This document shows, piece after piece, positions 39,287 to 54,006 of a stretch of 64,000 nt of DNA. The stretch lies in the NCBI RefSeq assembly GCF_009914755.1, contig NC_060927.1; one strand, written 5' to 3'. Source of the stretch: the human T2T-CHM13v2.0 reference genome, Homo sapiens. The position numbers and the translations under genes were made by a program. Position 1 is the stretch's first letter, and every line of letters begins with the position of its first letter. The notes below the pieces were generated by a model that was given only the letters and a program-made list of their open reading frames with translations, had not been told where the DNA came from and searched no databases.

Positions 39287-41391
39287 ATCAAGAAACCATC
39301 AAACAAAGCTCAGAAACATTTCAAACATAAGATCATCTTTTACTTTACTTTTTTGTTGCATGTTTACTTTGCCTTCTGGAAATATTGCACAATCTATTAG
39401 CTTTTTCTCTTTAGATGTTTGAAGGATACAGAAGGTACTACTAACTTAAAAAAAAAAACATTGATTCTCACAGCAGAACCTGTGTGTACTTGTTCACTAC
39501 ATACCTACATTGTTAAATATAGTTGCTTCACAAACAATACAATAAGAAAGAATTTAAGAAAACAGATTCTATGTAAATAGTCTGCGTCACTAACTCTATT
39601 ATTTAGTGATTAAACGGAAAAATATTTAGTATTGAGTGTTGGTTCATCATTGTTGAATCAGTAACGGTTACCAGGATCATTGTCAAGTTAATAATTGAGA
39701 CCAGGAACTTCCTTCTTGCTGAGGGCTTTTAGTAGTGATCAGTGGCAGAGGGATATGAAAGGCTGGAGAAGAAAACAGGAGACCCAGTCCTGCCTTTACC
39801 AGCAGCCCTGAGATTTTGGTTAATCACTTCATATTTCTGTTCTGCTTCTTTGCTTATACAATGACATTAGGCTACAGCTGAGTGGGCTCCCTTCCGTGTG
39901 GTTGTGAGACTTTATTCTACTGCCAAATAAAAATAATATTTGCATTATCTCTTTTTTTAATATTTGCACTTTTTTGTTCTCATCAGTATCCATAATGAAG
40001 CACTAAGCATGTAACATTTTGCAGATTGAGATTTCCCAGTCACCATGCACCATAAATAAAATAATTGAGACATAGGAATAAAAATGCATTACAGTATAAA
40101 CAAGCAGTAACAGAGTGTGGAAAATAAAAAGACAAGGAAGTACAACCTCTCCTCTGTTTAACACTGAACAAAATTTTTGGGAGAGTATAATGTTATATTT
40201 ATAAATAGAGCAATTAGATTTGGTTCAGAGAAAAGAAAATGATTAAACCTATAGAATACAGTTGTTGTAAAGAAGGGAAAAGACCTGGAGAAGGAAGAAG
40301 TAAAAGGTGAATTAATAGCTGTGATGAGAACACTGATCCATGATTCTTCATCTCCACAGACGACTGTCCCACAACAAAAACAAAACAGCATGCAATTGCT
40401 GAAGGAAAAAGCTAGTTCCTCAAATTTGAAATGCTACTTTTGAGGAAGACTCAGGGACTTCTACCTCTTAGAGTATTACAAAATGTTATACATATACCAT
40501 ACTCCAAGCAGAGATGTTCTGCTGTCTCTTTAAACTTAGTTTAGTATAAAAGGATGGTAAATTTGGTGATAAATTTAGTAATAAATGCAACATTTTTCTT
40601 ATCTGTAACTTAATAGGAATAAACTAATTTAAGATTCCTTCTGTTTCAAATTCTTTATGATTTTTTATTTTGGGGATGTTGGACTTGAAGCTTCACTAAA
40701 TATTCGGTTATAGAAATACTTTTCTAGGAAAACTTATTAGGGTTAAGAAACCAGATATTTTTCTTTTAAAAAATATGTAATTCATATATTTTGAACTTAA
40801 TAATTAGATTCCAAATGGTCCTAATCACACCCTGTGGATCTTTAGCTCTTGAGGATTCAAAACTATGAGATTTTACAATCACGTTTTAGATAGTAAAGAT
40901 TGAATGAGTATGTTAAGGCTTTCATGAAAGAAAAATGGAAGAAAGAATAATTGAAACAAGTAACTTAAGTGGTGGGCAAGTAAAATCTGTAAGCCAATTT
41001 CTTTGTCTGTAAAATGAGGAGAATAATAGTATTTATATGAATTCTTTGTTGAATGAACAAAGTGAGATAATTTTTGGAAAATGATGAGCAAAGTGAATGG
41101 CAAGTAGAACAGACTTCAGAAATGTTAGCTATTTATTATTTACACAAGAAAAGTGGAAGGTATGGTGTACTAAATATGACAAATATGACACATTCAAACA
41201 GAAAAGAGGAAAAAATTTCTGTTATGTAGAAAATTATCCCACTACAATTTTCTTTATCCTTATTTATTAAAAATACGGGATGAAAGTAAGAAAGAAAGAT
41301 ACGCAAAACAGTGTGTGGTATGTTTGCTTAAAACGGAATGTGTTTTGAAACACACAAAACCATATACCTACTTGTATGCTCATATATACAT

Positions 41392-41422
<31 letters not shown>

Positions 41423-41584
41423 CTAAAAAACACACAGGAACCTTAATAATGGGCTTCTCTGAAAGGGAGGCCTGCGAATATGAGATAGGAGGGAAGCCTT
41501 CTTATTTTTTAAGTATATGCTTTATCTGATTTGAATATTTATAATGTGTACATTATTTTAAAATAAACTACTAGTGCAAAATTA

Positions 41585-44500
41585 GTATTATTTTTTATTT
41601 TTTACATTTAATTTTATTTTAAGTTCCAGGATACATGTGCAGGATGTGCAGATTTGTTAAATAGGTAAATGTGTGGCATGGTGATTTGCTGCACCTATCA
41701 ACACATCATCTAGGTATTAAGTCTTGCATGCATTAGCTGTTTATCCTGATTCTGTCCCTCCCCCCTACCCCCTCAACAGGTCCCATTGTGTGTTGTCCCC
41801 CTCCCTGTGTCCATGTGTTCTTATTGTTCAGCTCCCACTTTTAAGTAAGAACATGTGATGTTTGGCTTTCTGTTCCTGCATTACTTTCCTAAGGATAATG
41901 GCTTCCCACTTCATCCATGTCCCTGCAAAAGACATTATCTCATTCCTTTTTATGGCTGCATAGTATTCCATTGTATGTATGTACCACATTTTCTTTATCC
42001 AGCCTATCATTGATAGGCATTTAGGTTGATTCCATGTCTTTGCTACTGTGAATAGTGCTGCAATGATCATACCTGTGCATGTATCTTTATAAACAGAATG
42101 ATGTCTATTCCCGTGGGTGTATACCCAGTAATGGGATGGCTGGGTCAAATGGTATTTATGGTTCTAGGTCTGAGAGGAATCACCACACTGTCTTCCACAA
42201 TGATTGAACTAATTTACATTACCACCAACAGTGTAAAAGCATTCCTATTTCTCCATAGCCTTGCCAGCATCTGCAGCATCTGTTGTTTCTTGATTTTTTA
42301 ATAATCGCCATTCTGACTGGGATGAAATGGTATCTCATTGTGGTTTTGATTTGCATTTCTCTAATGATTAGTGACGTTGAGCTTTGTTTATATATGTTTG
42401 TTGGCTGCATAAATGTCTTCTTTTGAGAACTATCTCTTCATATCCTTTGCCCACTTTTTAATGGGGTTGTTGGGTTTTTTTCTTGTAAATTTCTTTAAGT
42501 TCCTTGCAGACCCTGGATATTAGACATTTGTCAGATGGATAGATTGCAAAAATTTTCTCCCATTCTGTAGGTTGCCTGTTCACTCTGATAATAGTTTCTT
42601 TGCTGTGCAGAAGCTGTTCAGTTTACTTAGATCCCATTTGTCAATTTTTGCCTTTGTTGCCACTGCTTTTGATGTTTTGTCATGAAATCTTTGCCCATGC
42701 CTATGTCCTGAATGGTATTGCCTAGATTTTCTTCTAGGGTTTTTGTAGTTTTGTGTTTTACATTTAATGCTTTATCATCTTGAGTTAATTTTGTCTGATG
42801 TATAAGGAAGGGGTCCAGTTTTAATTTTCTGCGTATGGCTAGCCAGTTTTCCCAGCACCATTTATTAAATAAGGAATCCTTTCCTCATTGTTTGTTTTTG
42901 TCAGGTTTGTCGAAGAGCAGATGGTTGTAGATGTGTGGTGTTATTTCTGAGGCTTCTGTTCTGTTCCATTGGTCTATGTATCTATTTTGGTACCTGTACC
43001 ATGCTGTTTTGCTTACTGTAGCCTTGTAGTGTAGTTTGAAGTCAAGCAGCATGATGCCTCCAGCTTTGTTCTTTTTGCTTAGGATTATCTTGGCTATATG
43101 GGCACTTTTTTGGTTCCATATGAAGTTTAAAGTAGTTTTTTTCTAATTCTGTGAAGAAAGTCAGTGGTAGCTTGATGGTAATAGCATTGAATCTACAAAT
43201 TACTTTGGGCGGTATGGCCATTTTCACTATACTGATTCTTCCTATCCATGAGCATGGAATGTTTTTCCATTTGTTTGCGTCCTTTCTTATTTCCTTGAGA
43301 AGTGGTTTGTAGTTGTCCTTGAAGAGGTCCTTCACATCCCTTGTGTGTTGTATTCCTAGGTATTTTACTCTCTTTGTAGAAATTGTGAATGGGAGTTCAT
43401 TCATGATTTGGTTCTCTGCTTGTCTATTGTTGGTGTATAGGAATGCTGCTTATTTTTGTACATTGATTTTGTATCCTGAGACTTTGCTGAGGTTGCTTAT
43501 CAGCTTTGGGGCTAAGATGATGGAGTTTTCTAGATATAGGATCATGTCATCTGCAAAGAGAGACAGTTTTACTTCCTCTCTTCCTATTTGAATATCTTTT
43601 ATTTCTTTCTCTTGCCTGATTTCCCTGGCCAGAACTTCCAGTACTATGTTGAATAGGAGTGGTGAGAGAGGGCATCCTTATATTGTGTCGGTTTTCAAGG
43701 GGAATGCTTCCAGCTTTTGCCCATTCAGTGGGATATTGGCTATGGGTTTGTGATAAATGGCTCTTATTATTTTGAAGTATGTTCCTTCAATACCTGATTT
43801 ATTGAAGGGATGCTGAATTTTATCAAAGGCTTTCTCTGCATCTATTGAGATAATTATTGTGGTTTTTTTCCTTTAGTTCTGTTTATGTGATGAATTACAT
43901 TGATTGTTTTATGTATGTTGAACCAGCCTTGCATCTGGGGATGAAGCCAACTTGATTGTGGTGGATAAGCTTTTTGATGTGCTGCTGGATCAGTATGCCA
44001 GTGTTTTATTGATGATTTTTACATCAGTGTTCTTCAGGGATATTGGCCTGAAGTTTTCCTCTTTTGTATTTCTGCCAGGTTTTGGTATCACGATAATGCT
44101 GGTCTCACAAAATGAGTTAGGAAGAAGTCCCTGTCTTTCAGTTTTTGGAATAGTTTCAGAAGAAATGGTATCAGCTCCTCTTTGTACCTTCGGTAGAATT
44201 CAGCTGTAAATCCTTCTGGTCCTGGTCTTTTTTTTTGTTTGGTAGGCTATTTATTGCTGCCTCAATTTCAGAACTTACTATTGGTCTATTCAGGGATTCC
44301 ACTTCTTCCTGGTTTAGTCTTGGGGTGGTGTATGTATCCAAGAATTTTTCCTTTTCTTCTAGATTTTCTAGTTTATTTGCATAACGGTGTTTATTGTATT
44401 CTCTGATCGTTGTTTGTATTTCTGTGGGTTCAGTGGTGATATCTCCTTTATCATTTTTTATTATGTCTGTTTGATTGTTCTCTCTTTTTTTCTTTATTAG

Positions 44501-44949
44501 TCTAGCTAGCAGGCTATTTTATTATTATAATTATTATTTAAAAAAAATAGCTCGTAGATTCATTGATTTTTTTGAAGGGTTTTTTTATGCCTCTATCTCC
44601 TTTAATTCTGCTCTGATCTTGTTTATTTCTTGCCTTCTGCTAGTTTCTGGGTTTGTTTGCTTTGGGTTCTCCAATTCTTTCAGTTGTGATGTTAGGTTTA
44701 TGATTTGAGATCTTTCTAACTTTTTGATTTGGGCATTTAGTGCTATAAATTTACCTCTTAACACTGCTTTAGCTGTGTCCCAGAGATTCTGGTACACTGT
44801 CTCTTTGTTCTCATTGGTTTCAAAGATCATCTTGATTTGTGCCTTAATTTCATTATTTACCCAGGAGTCATTCAGGAGCAGGTTGTTCAATTTCCATGTA
44901 GTTGTGTGATTTTGAGTGAGTTTCTTGATCTTGAGTTCTAGTTTGATTG
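41585..44949 (-). mobile_element. 5'-truncated LINE-1 (~3.4 kb, about L1PA8-10 age) with frameshifted ORF2
   Basis: ORF2p fragments on the - strand (44585-44890, 43042-43404, 42219-42410, 41828-42148); TSD TAGTGCAAAATTA at 41572-41584 and 44950-44962. Confidence 0.93.
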
Positions 44950-47900
44950 TAGTGCAAAATTATTGTAACAACAGTATTACTACCAAAATTGTAGACAAGA
45001 TACATCTTCTCACATAGTAATTTATTTATTATGAATTGAGAAATTAGGAATTTTGGTTATAGTTCCTATGAAACTTTAGGATAACAGTTGTGCTCATTTT
45101 TATGTGTTGCTTGTTTCTTTTCCCCGTTAGGCTTGCGAATTTTTTTCTTATTTGTTACAATAAACCTACAAACATATTGAAATTAAAATGATCTTTCATT
45201 TTTATTGCCATTCTTATATTAGTCTATGTTTAAGTTAAATCACATTTAAGATGAAGTTGCATAGTTTGCTTCTTGATTGATGTTTTGAAGTGATTTGCAA
45301 ATGTAACAATGTAAGCCTAGAGGATATCTACTAAAAAAAAAATCACCCAAACATACAGTTAACAGAAGTGCAAATATTCTTCAGTAGAAATAAATTTATA
45401 CATGTTATGGCGAGCAAGTATGAGAAGAAAACATACCATAAGAGGAATTTAAATTTTGTATCAATAATTTTTTGACACTCAAGATTGTTGAACCACACTT
45501 AATACAATGGATTATTTTAAAAGCTGTGGCATAGTATTTCTGGAGAAGTATTTCCTAAATTCTTGTGATCCAGATAATTAGACCACAACCAAATTAATTT
45601 TATAATGGCATATACTTATACTCACTCTTAGAATTCACAATAGAAATGAGCTTTGCTAACTCCTGGTATAAAGAAATTGTTTACATTGTTTAACCTTATG
45701 TCTGACTTGAGACATTTGGAAAACCAGCATTTGGAAAGCAGTGTTTTGAAGTAAAATATACTACATGAATGAAATACAGTGTCTAGATTTAGGACTATTT
45801 GATGTCTGGTACCTTCTATAACCATAATTCTTCATTATAAGTCAAAATACAACAGAAGAACAAAACAAATAAATACAAAAAGCCCTATTATTTATTTCCA
45901 TGAAGATACATGTAAGTTTTCCACATGATTTGGAATTTATATTATCTAAATTTTTATTTTAAGCTCACTCAAATATAGATAATTGCAAATTTGGAAAAGC
46001 AGTCAGTAATATCAAAATACTGTTATTTTGTGCCTGTGTATTTTTACAAAATATTTCGAGTCCATTCTTTCAAGAGGTTCACATCAGTATTCAAGTACTA
46101 TGGTACTTTCACTAGTAGCCAAGTACTATAGTACTTTGACTAAGTATGGTAACAGCCTGTAAGCCTCCTAAAGCTGAAAAGATTAAAATTTTATTCTTAG
46201 ACAATTGAATCCACTAATACAAAATAATTTAAAGTAATCGGTTAATTTTGTTTACTTCGCATTTTACTTTGCTATGTGTTTCCCTGACATATGACTCACT
46301 ACCTATGTATGTCTGTGTCTGAGAAGGACATACATAGCTACGCGGAAGGGACATGCGAGGGATGAGGGAAGCATAGGCATGTTGAGGTACTTATCTCCTG
46401 CAGAGCAAACACGTCATGATCTGGAAATGACTGCATTTCCTCCCACGTGCCTAGGCTTTTCTGAATCCCTGGTTCTCTTTTCAACAGGCCCATAGAAATG
46501 TCTCTGCTTCTTTGTTGTTATTTACATTTACCAAAACTGCAGGGATTTCCTTAGATGCCTTCCAGCTAGTCTGGCTTTATAAATCAGACCTATGTCCCAA
46601 AGGAATTTTAACAAGTTTTCACTATTTTTGGGAAAACACAGGACATGTAATATATTCCATAAACTACTCCTGAAAATATTTTTTTAATTTCAGAGTTAAA
46701 TTGTGTTTAGTACTACACAACTCCAATTTTCTCCTGCAATCTATAGATTTATTGACATCTGCAAAATTGTTTAGGCAGAAAGGTGGTTTCTTTTTCCATT
46801 TTAATATTAACTGCAGCCATAAAACAAGCATGGCAAACCAATGACTATATTTTGGGAAATTTTTTAGATAATTCAGTAGCTTACACAAATTGCCTTTGTT
46901 TTTTCTGAGCCTATTATAGCAGACCTGTAAGGTTTGGTTGTATATATTCATTTTTTCTACTAATGTGGAAAGTAGTTGTAGTTTTATAATTGGTGAAATA
47001 AAATGCAAGCAAGGTAATAATGACTGTATTTCACGGAGTAATTTCTAACTTTATAACTGTAAGCACAGTAAATAAAGCATGTACCTCATGCCATAAACTT
47101 ATTCTCAAAGTTTATCTTAAGTTAATCAACATGTATGATTTGACTTTTCATCAAATGACCGCCCTGCCAACTTATTAACAAAGGATTTCTGGTATTAAAA
47201 TTTTTTGGCAGTTATTTTGGGCCTTTCAAGATCTTTCCATTAAAATATATATTTAGTGACCACAATGGAATATGTTTTTACTCTTCAGGTTGTACAATCT
47301 TCAATGCAACTTTTTCAGGAGGATGTTTCATACAGTGTCACTGTAATCCTATAAAGTATAATATGAAGATTCAAGAGTTTTTTGTCCTTGGAGAGTACAC
47401 AGAAATAGAGAAATTCACAGCAACAAATGAGCTCTTATTTCTTATATCCAGAGATGTTTTCTTACTAAATTGTTATGTATGTATACTCATGTGACATATT
47501 TTTTCTATTTGATGTCAAGTGATTCTTTTACATCAGCTCTCCATTTTAGATTATTCCCATGAAAATATGCTTTTCTTTTACTATTAAGTTAAAAGCAATT
47601 AATTCAATATGACTTATGACACCATGTTATTTAGGATATCTTATTGCAATGACAGGAATCAACAGGATCTAGCTTAAGCAAATATGGGGGATATATAACG
47701 AGGGAACAAGAAGTCTCTGTAACAGAGCTATAGTAAGATATGCATCTCTATAATGAAGCTAGGACTTAGATCTCAAGAACGAATTTAAATTAAGGGCATG
47801 AAGGCTATCAGTTCTGTCTGTCTCAATTCCTCAGCTCTTCTTTCTTTTCATTTGCCTTCTCTCTTTCTGAAGACTATCCCATTTTGATTCTAAGGCCATA

Positions 47901-50039
47901 TGGCAGCCCATGTCTCCTGGATTGAGTTCTCCTCCATTTAATAAACATAGTTTGCCTAGTTCTGAATTCACAGGGCAAGGTTTCTGATTGGCTTAGCTTG
48001 GGTCAGGTGTCCATTTAGGACCAGTCAACTAACATTGGAGGAGGGGAATTTGATAGGTTTCTGTGCAATTTCAAGAAGCCTTGGGATGTGCTAATAAAGT
48101 AGACTGGGCAAGCACAATAATAACTGCCTACTATAGCATTTTTTGCTTAATTAAATTAATATTTATTAGACACTCATCATAAGCAAGTTATAACCGTGGT
48201 GCTGAATAAATGAGTAAAATACTGTATCTATATTCAACAATTCAAGGATGTGGCTGCTGTGCAAATCATTGGAGTACAGTGAAGACAGAGAATGGAGCTT
48301 AGTGATGATCATAAGGAGAGAAATAGGAGGTTTAGGAGCTAGGAGGTATGATCTTCCTGAGAATCTTTGAAATAGAAGAGACCTGAATATCTGTGGGAGC
48401 CAAAAGGAAAGAAGGATCAGACTCAAAGGGCAAAACTGAACTTGGAAAAGCACAGGGATTGATTGGGCAATGTCTCAAATCTGGAGAAAGAGACAAAACT
48501 GAGAAACGGGACAAGATTACTAGAAACTTACTGGACTTCTTCCTAAAAGGTAGAAACAAAGGATGAACAAAAGCATTAGTACAAATTGAGTTTTTAAGTA
48601 GAATTAATTTCTAGTAGATTTAATGAAGTTTTGGACATTCTTCAGCAATATCTACTATCTAACAGTAAAAATATTGTGGAACCATAGCTTCCCTACTGCC
48701 CAGTCCTCTGTCTGTCCTTGATGTTCATGGTGTCAGCGATTATTGGGATGGTTAACTCTGCAAGTAGTATTTAGGAAAAAGTGATTGCCCTCTTAAAGGT
48801 TACCATACCTTTCCAAAGACCATAGCCTCTGGATTCATTTCTTAGCAGTTTTATAGTTCCTTTGTTAAATGTTAGCATGTGAGATAGTAATTTTTCATAA
48901 AAAGCATATGTATACTTTTAGGTGGCATGAAAGTGTTAACTATCTGTGGACTTTTATCCAATTTCAGCTTATGGTGACAGGTTTCCTATTGTAGATGAAT
49001 TGAATTAATTTTTCAAAATAACCTTTTTTTGCGAGGCTATATCAATTGGTGTGCTACAGTTAAAATGTATTACTTTGCCTATTTCCCATTTTCTACTAAA
49101 GTTTATAATTCACACAAATAAATACAATAAAGTGTGTCTCCTGAAATTGTGCTTTGTGAAATGATGAGGCCATTACTCTGCCTTTTGAGATTAATAAATT
49201 TTTCTCTTGGCATTTGTTCCCTTATCTAACTGGCAATGTGAGTTTAAGCTTTACAGATAAATATTATACTATTGTTTTAAGTTTTGATTTTTGTTTATTC
49301 CTTATAAACATTACTTTTGAAAAATAAAGTGTATCTTCTGCAAGTTGTACACATGTATATATGAAGTAAACCTAGTCAAAGTGCTTGAGTTGCTTTGTAA
49401 TTCAAAATTATGTAAGTACATTATGTTATGTTGAATAACAAAAAGTGATAACTCTAAGTTTAAATGGGTGACTAAATTTAAAAAATAATTTATACCAAGT
49501 ATAGAGATAATAGATTTAAACATATCAATTTAAACTTATAGCTATCACTTCTTGTTATTTAACATAACATAATATATTCATGAATAGGTAGTAGATTCCA
49601 TTTTTCATGATCAAGCTTTCCTCAAATAACCCTCCCTCCAATTTTCAATAACAACGAAACACAACAAATTAACCACTCATCCAGAAATTCTAAACTATTT
49701 ACGTATAATGATTGTCACATACCTTTTTAAAGAACACTTTGTTTTCCAAATATAATTTGACTAAATGCAAATAAGAACTGAACCAATAAAATGAAGCTTT
49801 TAAAAAAATTGAACTTCTGTTTGATAAATGGAATTATTTATTTGACAACACTAAAAATATGTAAAATAATGCTTTAGAATATCATTTTAAATCCACTTTT
49901 TAATAAAAGCTTTCTTAACTAATTAATTCAACAAATATTTGTTGAGTGACTACCATGGGTTAGCTACTGTGTTAAGTTGGATGCTAGGGATGCAGTGATA
50001 AAGAAAACATGGTCCTATGAAGCTTTTGTTTTGGTGGAA

Positions 50040-50227
50040 TGGTGGTTCTTAAACTTGCACGTGCCTCTCAATCACCTGGAGAGTTTGTTAAAACATAGGT
50101 TGTTGGGCTTGACATCTACAGTTTCAGATTCAGTATTTCTGAAGTGGGGTTCCAAATTTGCATTTCTAACAAGGTCCCATATGTTGCTGATGTTGCCAGT
50201 CCTGGGACCACACTTTGAGAACAGCTG
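50040..50227. mobile_element. MER5A-like hAT DNA transposon relic
   Basis: gtggttcttaaactt ... tgcatttctaacaag ... accacactttgagaacagctg, with terminal inverted-repeat similarity. Confidence 0.8.
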
Positions 50228-53200
50228 TCCTAGAGGAGGCAGTGCTGTCTATATACCAAAACTTCAATTAGCCTATGCTGTGCTGACCCATGCATGCCCA
50301 CTGCAGCTCCCCCTCTTTCATTTTTTTTCAGAAGAAAAAATGCTTTCTGTAAATACAATCTGGTATGTGGATAGTGCACAAATTATATAGTTGCTTCTTA
50401 AATTACTGAGAAATTTACGAGGTCAAGTAAATATAATTTTCAGAGATAATGCTACCTTATTTAGCCTAGTGAAAATGTATCATCAGTATTATGGCCTGAT
50501 TTTCAATTTAATCATCACTTTATTTTAACATAAAGCTTTTCTTTCTGATCTTTTGGTAGCCATCCAGTTTTCCATAGTCTTTTAAATGTGATGGCCAGTG
50601 GTTCATTTATTGCAATAATTAAGATGGATAGCAGCATGCCAGCTGGAATGACTACACTTGTGTTTATTGTATAAATTATTTCCTTAGTATAAAAGCCTCT
50701 TTTATGGCTTTTGCTTTGGTCATATCTTTTGTACCCTAAACCATTAACCATAGCATGTTTAGGAGAGCCATTTATAAAGAAGCTGGTAATATTTACCAAT
50801 TTCTAATCACCATTAATTCATGTCTACATTTTTCTTAGCACTGGAGATTGCTTGTTGCTTTGTTCCTTCTGCCAAGAGCAAGAAAAAAAAAGTGTTCTAA
50901 CCCTTCTAGGACTCATAAGCTTTTTTTTTTCCTTTTCTTCCTTTTCTTTGATTTTTTTTTACTACATTCACACTTCTTTTATTTTGTTCTACTCTCATCT
51001 CTTTTCCTTGTGAATCTTAAGTTACTTTGGTTAGTTTACTCAAAATACATAGAAATGCAGCCCCTAATGTGAATTTCTTATAAGGCATATTTGAAATTCC
51101 TTTAAAACACAGACTGCAACTGATTTTTGTCATTTTTTTAAAATGCTACTTGAGTTTGGTGGTCTTTTGCATTTCAAAAATAATTGCATTTCAGTTTTAA
51201 CAGAAATTATTCAGATATAGTTCAGACACTGATCATTTCTGTATGCATCATCGTACCCAGCAAATTTCAGTAAATATTTGCTGACCTATTTTTTTTCTTT
51301 ACACTTTAGTTTCAAGGAAATTGCATGCCTGTTACCTTTCTAAAAGCTAGTGCAGTGATTGTTGGTATATTTACAATACTCATCTTTCCTTTTAAACTTT
51401 GTAAGTTTGAAAGTATAAATCAAAATGTCATATTACATCAGAATATAAATTTTATTATTACCCATATATCAAATAACTAGTTAAAGCAATTCAGAGTAGT
51501 TAAGAGGGAATATTTAGTGGCAATAAATGTATATTGTTGCATATAAATACACATATTAGGCCTAGATTTATTGTCTACAATTCTTTTAATTTCTTATCAG
51601 ATTTCAGTATGAAAAAAAGTGAATGAAATAAGCAAAAGACTATATCCAGTTACTGTAACTAATGCTAATTTCATAATCTCTTAATGGTTTAATGTTATAT
51701 CCTGATGGTTTTATGTTTTTTGACCAATCTTTCAGGCTATCCTTTTCTGACCACTCAAACCATGAAAACCTGCCCTCCCTGGAAAATCCAAGAGCCAGTC
51801 AGTTCCCACAAAGACAACAAGAGCCACTCTGTTTGGAAAACTTTGGCTCTTTTTCAGCAGTCACCATTGGCCTTAGAATACAGAGCATTCTTACCCACTG
51901 GCTAAGATTAACTTGGTTAGCAGACAGCCTACATCCCTTCGTATAAAAACTGTTCTTAAAAAGTAGCAAACATTGTCCTAAATTTCCTTACCCCATCCCT
52001 GACTATCATCACCTACTTTCTGTCACTGACTTGTTAATACCTTTATTGTTATATACAGATTTTATAAGTTGTCCCTACCTGTTTTTAAATAATTGAGGTT
52101 ATAAGCATAATAGTTGGAAGGGTTAACTACGTTGTCCTGTTAAGGCTGATAAAAGGGCATAGATGCTTTTAAACATACACAGGAAGAATGAGAAAAGCAG
52201 ATAGCCCTTGTTTGGGTCATTAAGAAGATGATAAAGTATTTTTCTTATAGCATGTTTGTGGGTAAAGTATTTGAAAGCTTCTAATCTGCCATTGATAAAA
52301 CAGATACTTTACTATTAGGTTTTGAAAAATGCCTTAAAAAAATCTGCTGCAAACATCATTTAATATGTCATTTAACTTATAAATAATAAGCAGAAACCTA
52401 ATATCTTCATTTTTGCAGGTATGAAATATTGTAAAAGAAATGTAAAATAAATTTTAATTTTATTCATTGATACTGTGAAGGAGAACTTTAATAGACTGAG
52501 CATAATGTATCATTTGCATTTATATAATGATTTTACCACTGTCATTTTAGAATACTATAAATTTAGAAGAGTAATACAGTAATAATAAGAATTTTTAACA
52601 TTTTTTAGTCTCAGGTTCAGAGATGAGTAAAAGACCCTCAGGACATACGTAAAGAGAAGAACTCTTTCTAGACAGAAGTGAAGAAATACTAAACACTCAA
52701 GTGTAAGATTCCCTGAAGATGGAATGATGGTAGTTGTGTTGGAAGTGGTGGTGGGATTTGTTGGTTGAGGGAAGAGAAGAGAAACTAATCTATTGTTCAG
52801 AGATGGGGTTAAGTAGACCAGGGATTAGATTTCTACTCAGTTACCAGCTAGTCATTTGCCGTTGAGAAAGTTACATCAGTCTTTGGATACTTTAATTCCC
52901 ATCTGTAAAATGGGGAAGGTAATACCTGTTTTATAAAGTTAGTGGCATAATTAAATTTTAAAAATGTGTATTAAAGCATTTTGTACACAAAGTAGGCACT
53001 CAAGAATCGAACTATTACTAAAGACTCTTACTATTAAAGAAAAGCAAAACTGTATTATAAAGGAAAAGCAAACAAACTCTGGACAATCAGAATTATACCA
53101 GAAGTGTATTTTCCATGGAAGTTGAACCTAGATTAGTGCATAACAAGGAACTGCTACAGGCATTGATCGTTTCTTAGAAATTGGCTACTGATTCCACAAG

Positions 53201-53829
53201 GAACACCCACACCTTAGTAGCTGATGATCCCCTTTTGTGTGGAATAGAAATAAATGTAAGTAGACAATAAATAAAAACTGAAATTATGTACTGTCTCTGT
53301 AATTTACGTCTAGTATTTGAAAGATCACCACTGAATCTTACGAATTTTGCTGACTCCTATACACAACTACTTGGGAAGTTTCCTTAGGGGCTGAGACACA
53401 GGAGCAGCACAGTAGAGGAGCAGTACAAAATGTTCAGGAGAAGATAATAGTCAGATAGCATTGTCACAAGAAATACGCTGTATTTTCCACTAAGCTCATG
53501 GTTGCTCTCAGTGCGGTTGTTTATTCATTCATTCATCCAGTAAATTTTTATCAAGTGTTTATATGTTATCAGCATGGAACTACCAACACCTGAAAATACA
53601 ATAATCACTAAGATAGATAGAGTCCTTGCCTTTGTAGAACTTGTAGTATGTCTAAAATTTGTTTTAAATCATTCTGACTCTTTTAGAAAGACTTCTTCAT
53701 ATTAAGTTGAAGAAGTTGAGTAAAGTTGCCACCCCCATAGTATAGCCCTTTTAATGACCCCGTCTTTCTCATTATTAAGGAATGTCCATGTGACTTAGGT
53801 GTTCTGAAGCAAAGTAAACTCCTCTAGAC

Positions 53830-54006
53830 TAGTGGTTTTCAACCCTGACTGCACTTAGGATCATCTTGGAAGTTTTGAAAATATGAATAATTGAGTCTAA
53901 CCACAGACAATGAAATAAGAATTTCTAGACTTGGGGCTCAGGCATTAGTATTGTTTAAAAGCTTTAGAAGTGATTCTAATGTGTAGCCATGATTGCAAAC
54001 GACTGC
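53830..54006. mobile_element. MER5B-like hAT DNA transposon relic
   Basis: tagtggttttcaaccctgactgcac ... gtgattctaatgtgtagcca resembles the MER5 family. Confidence 0.65.
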
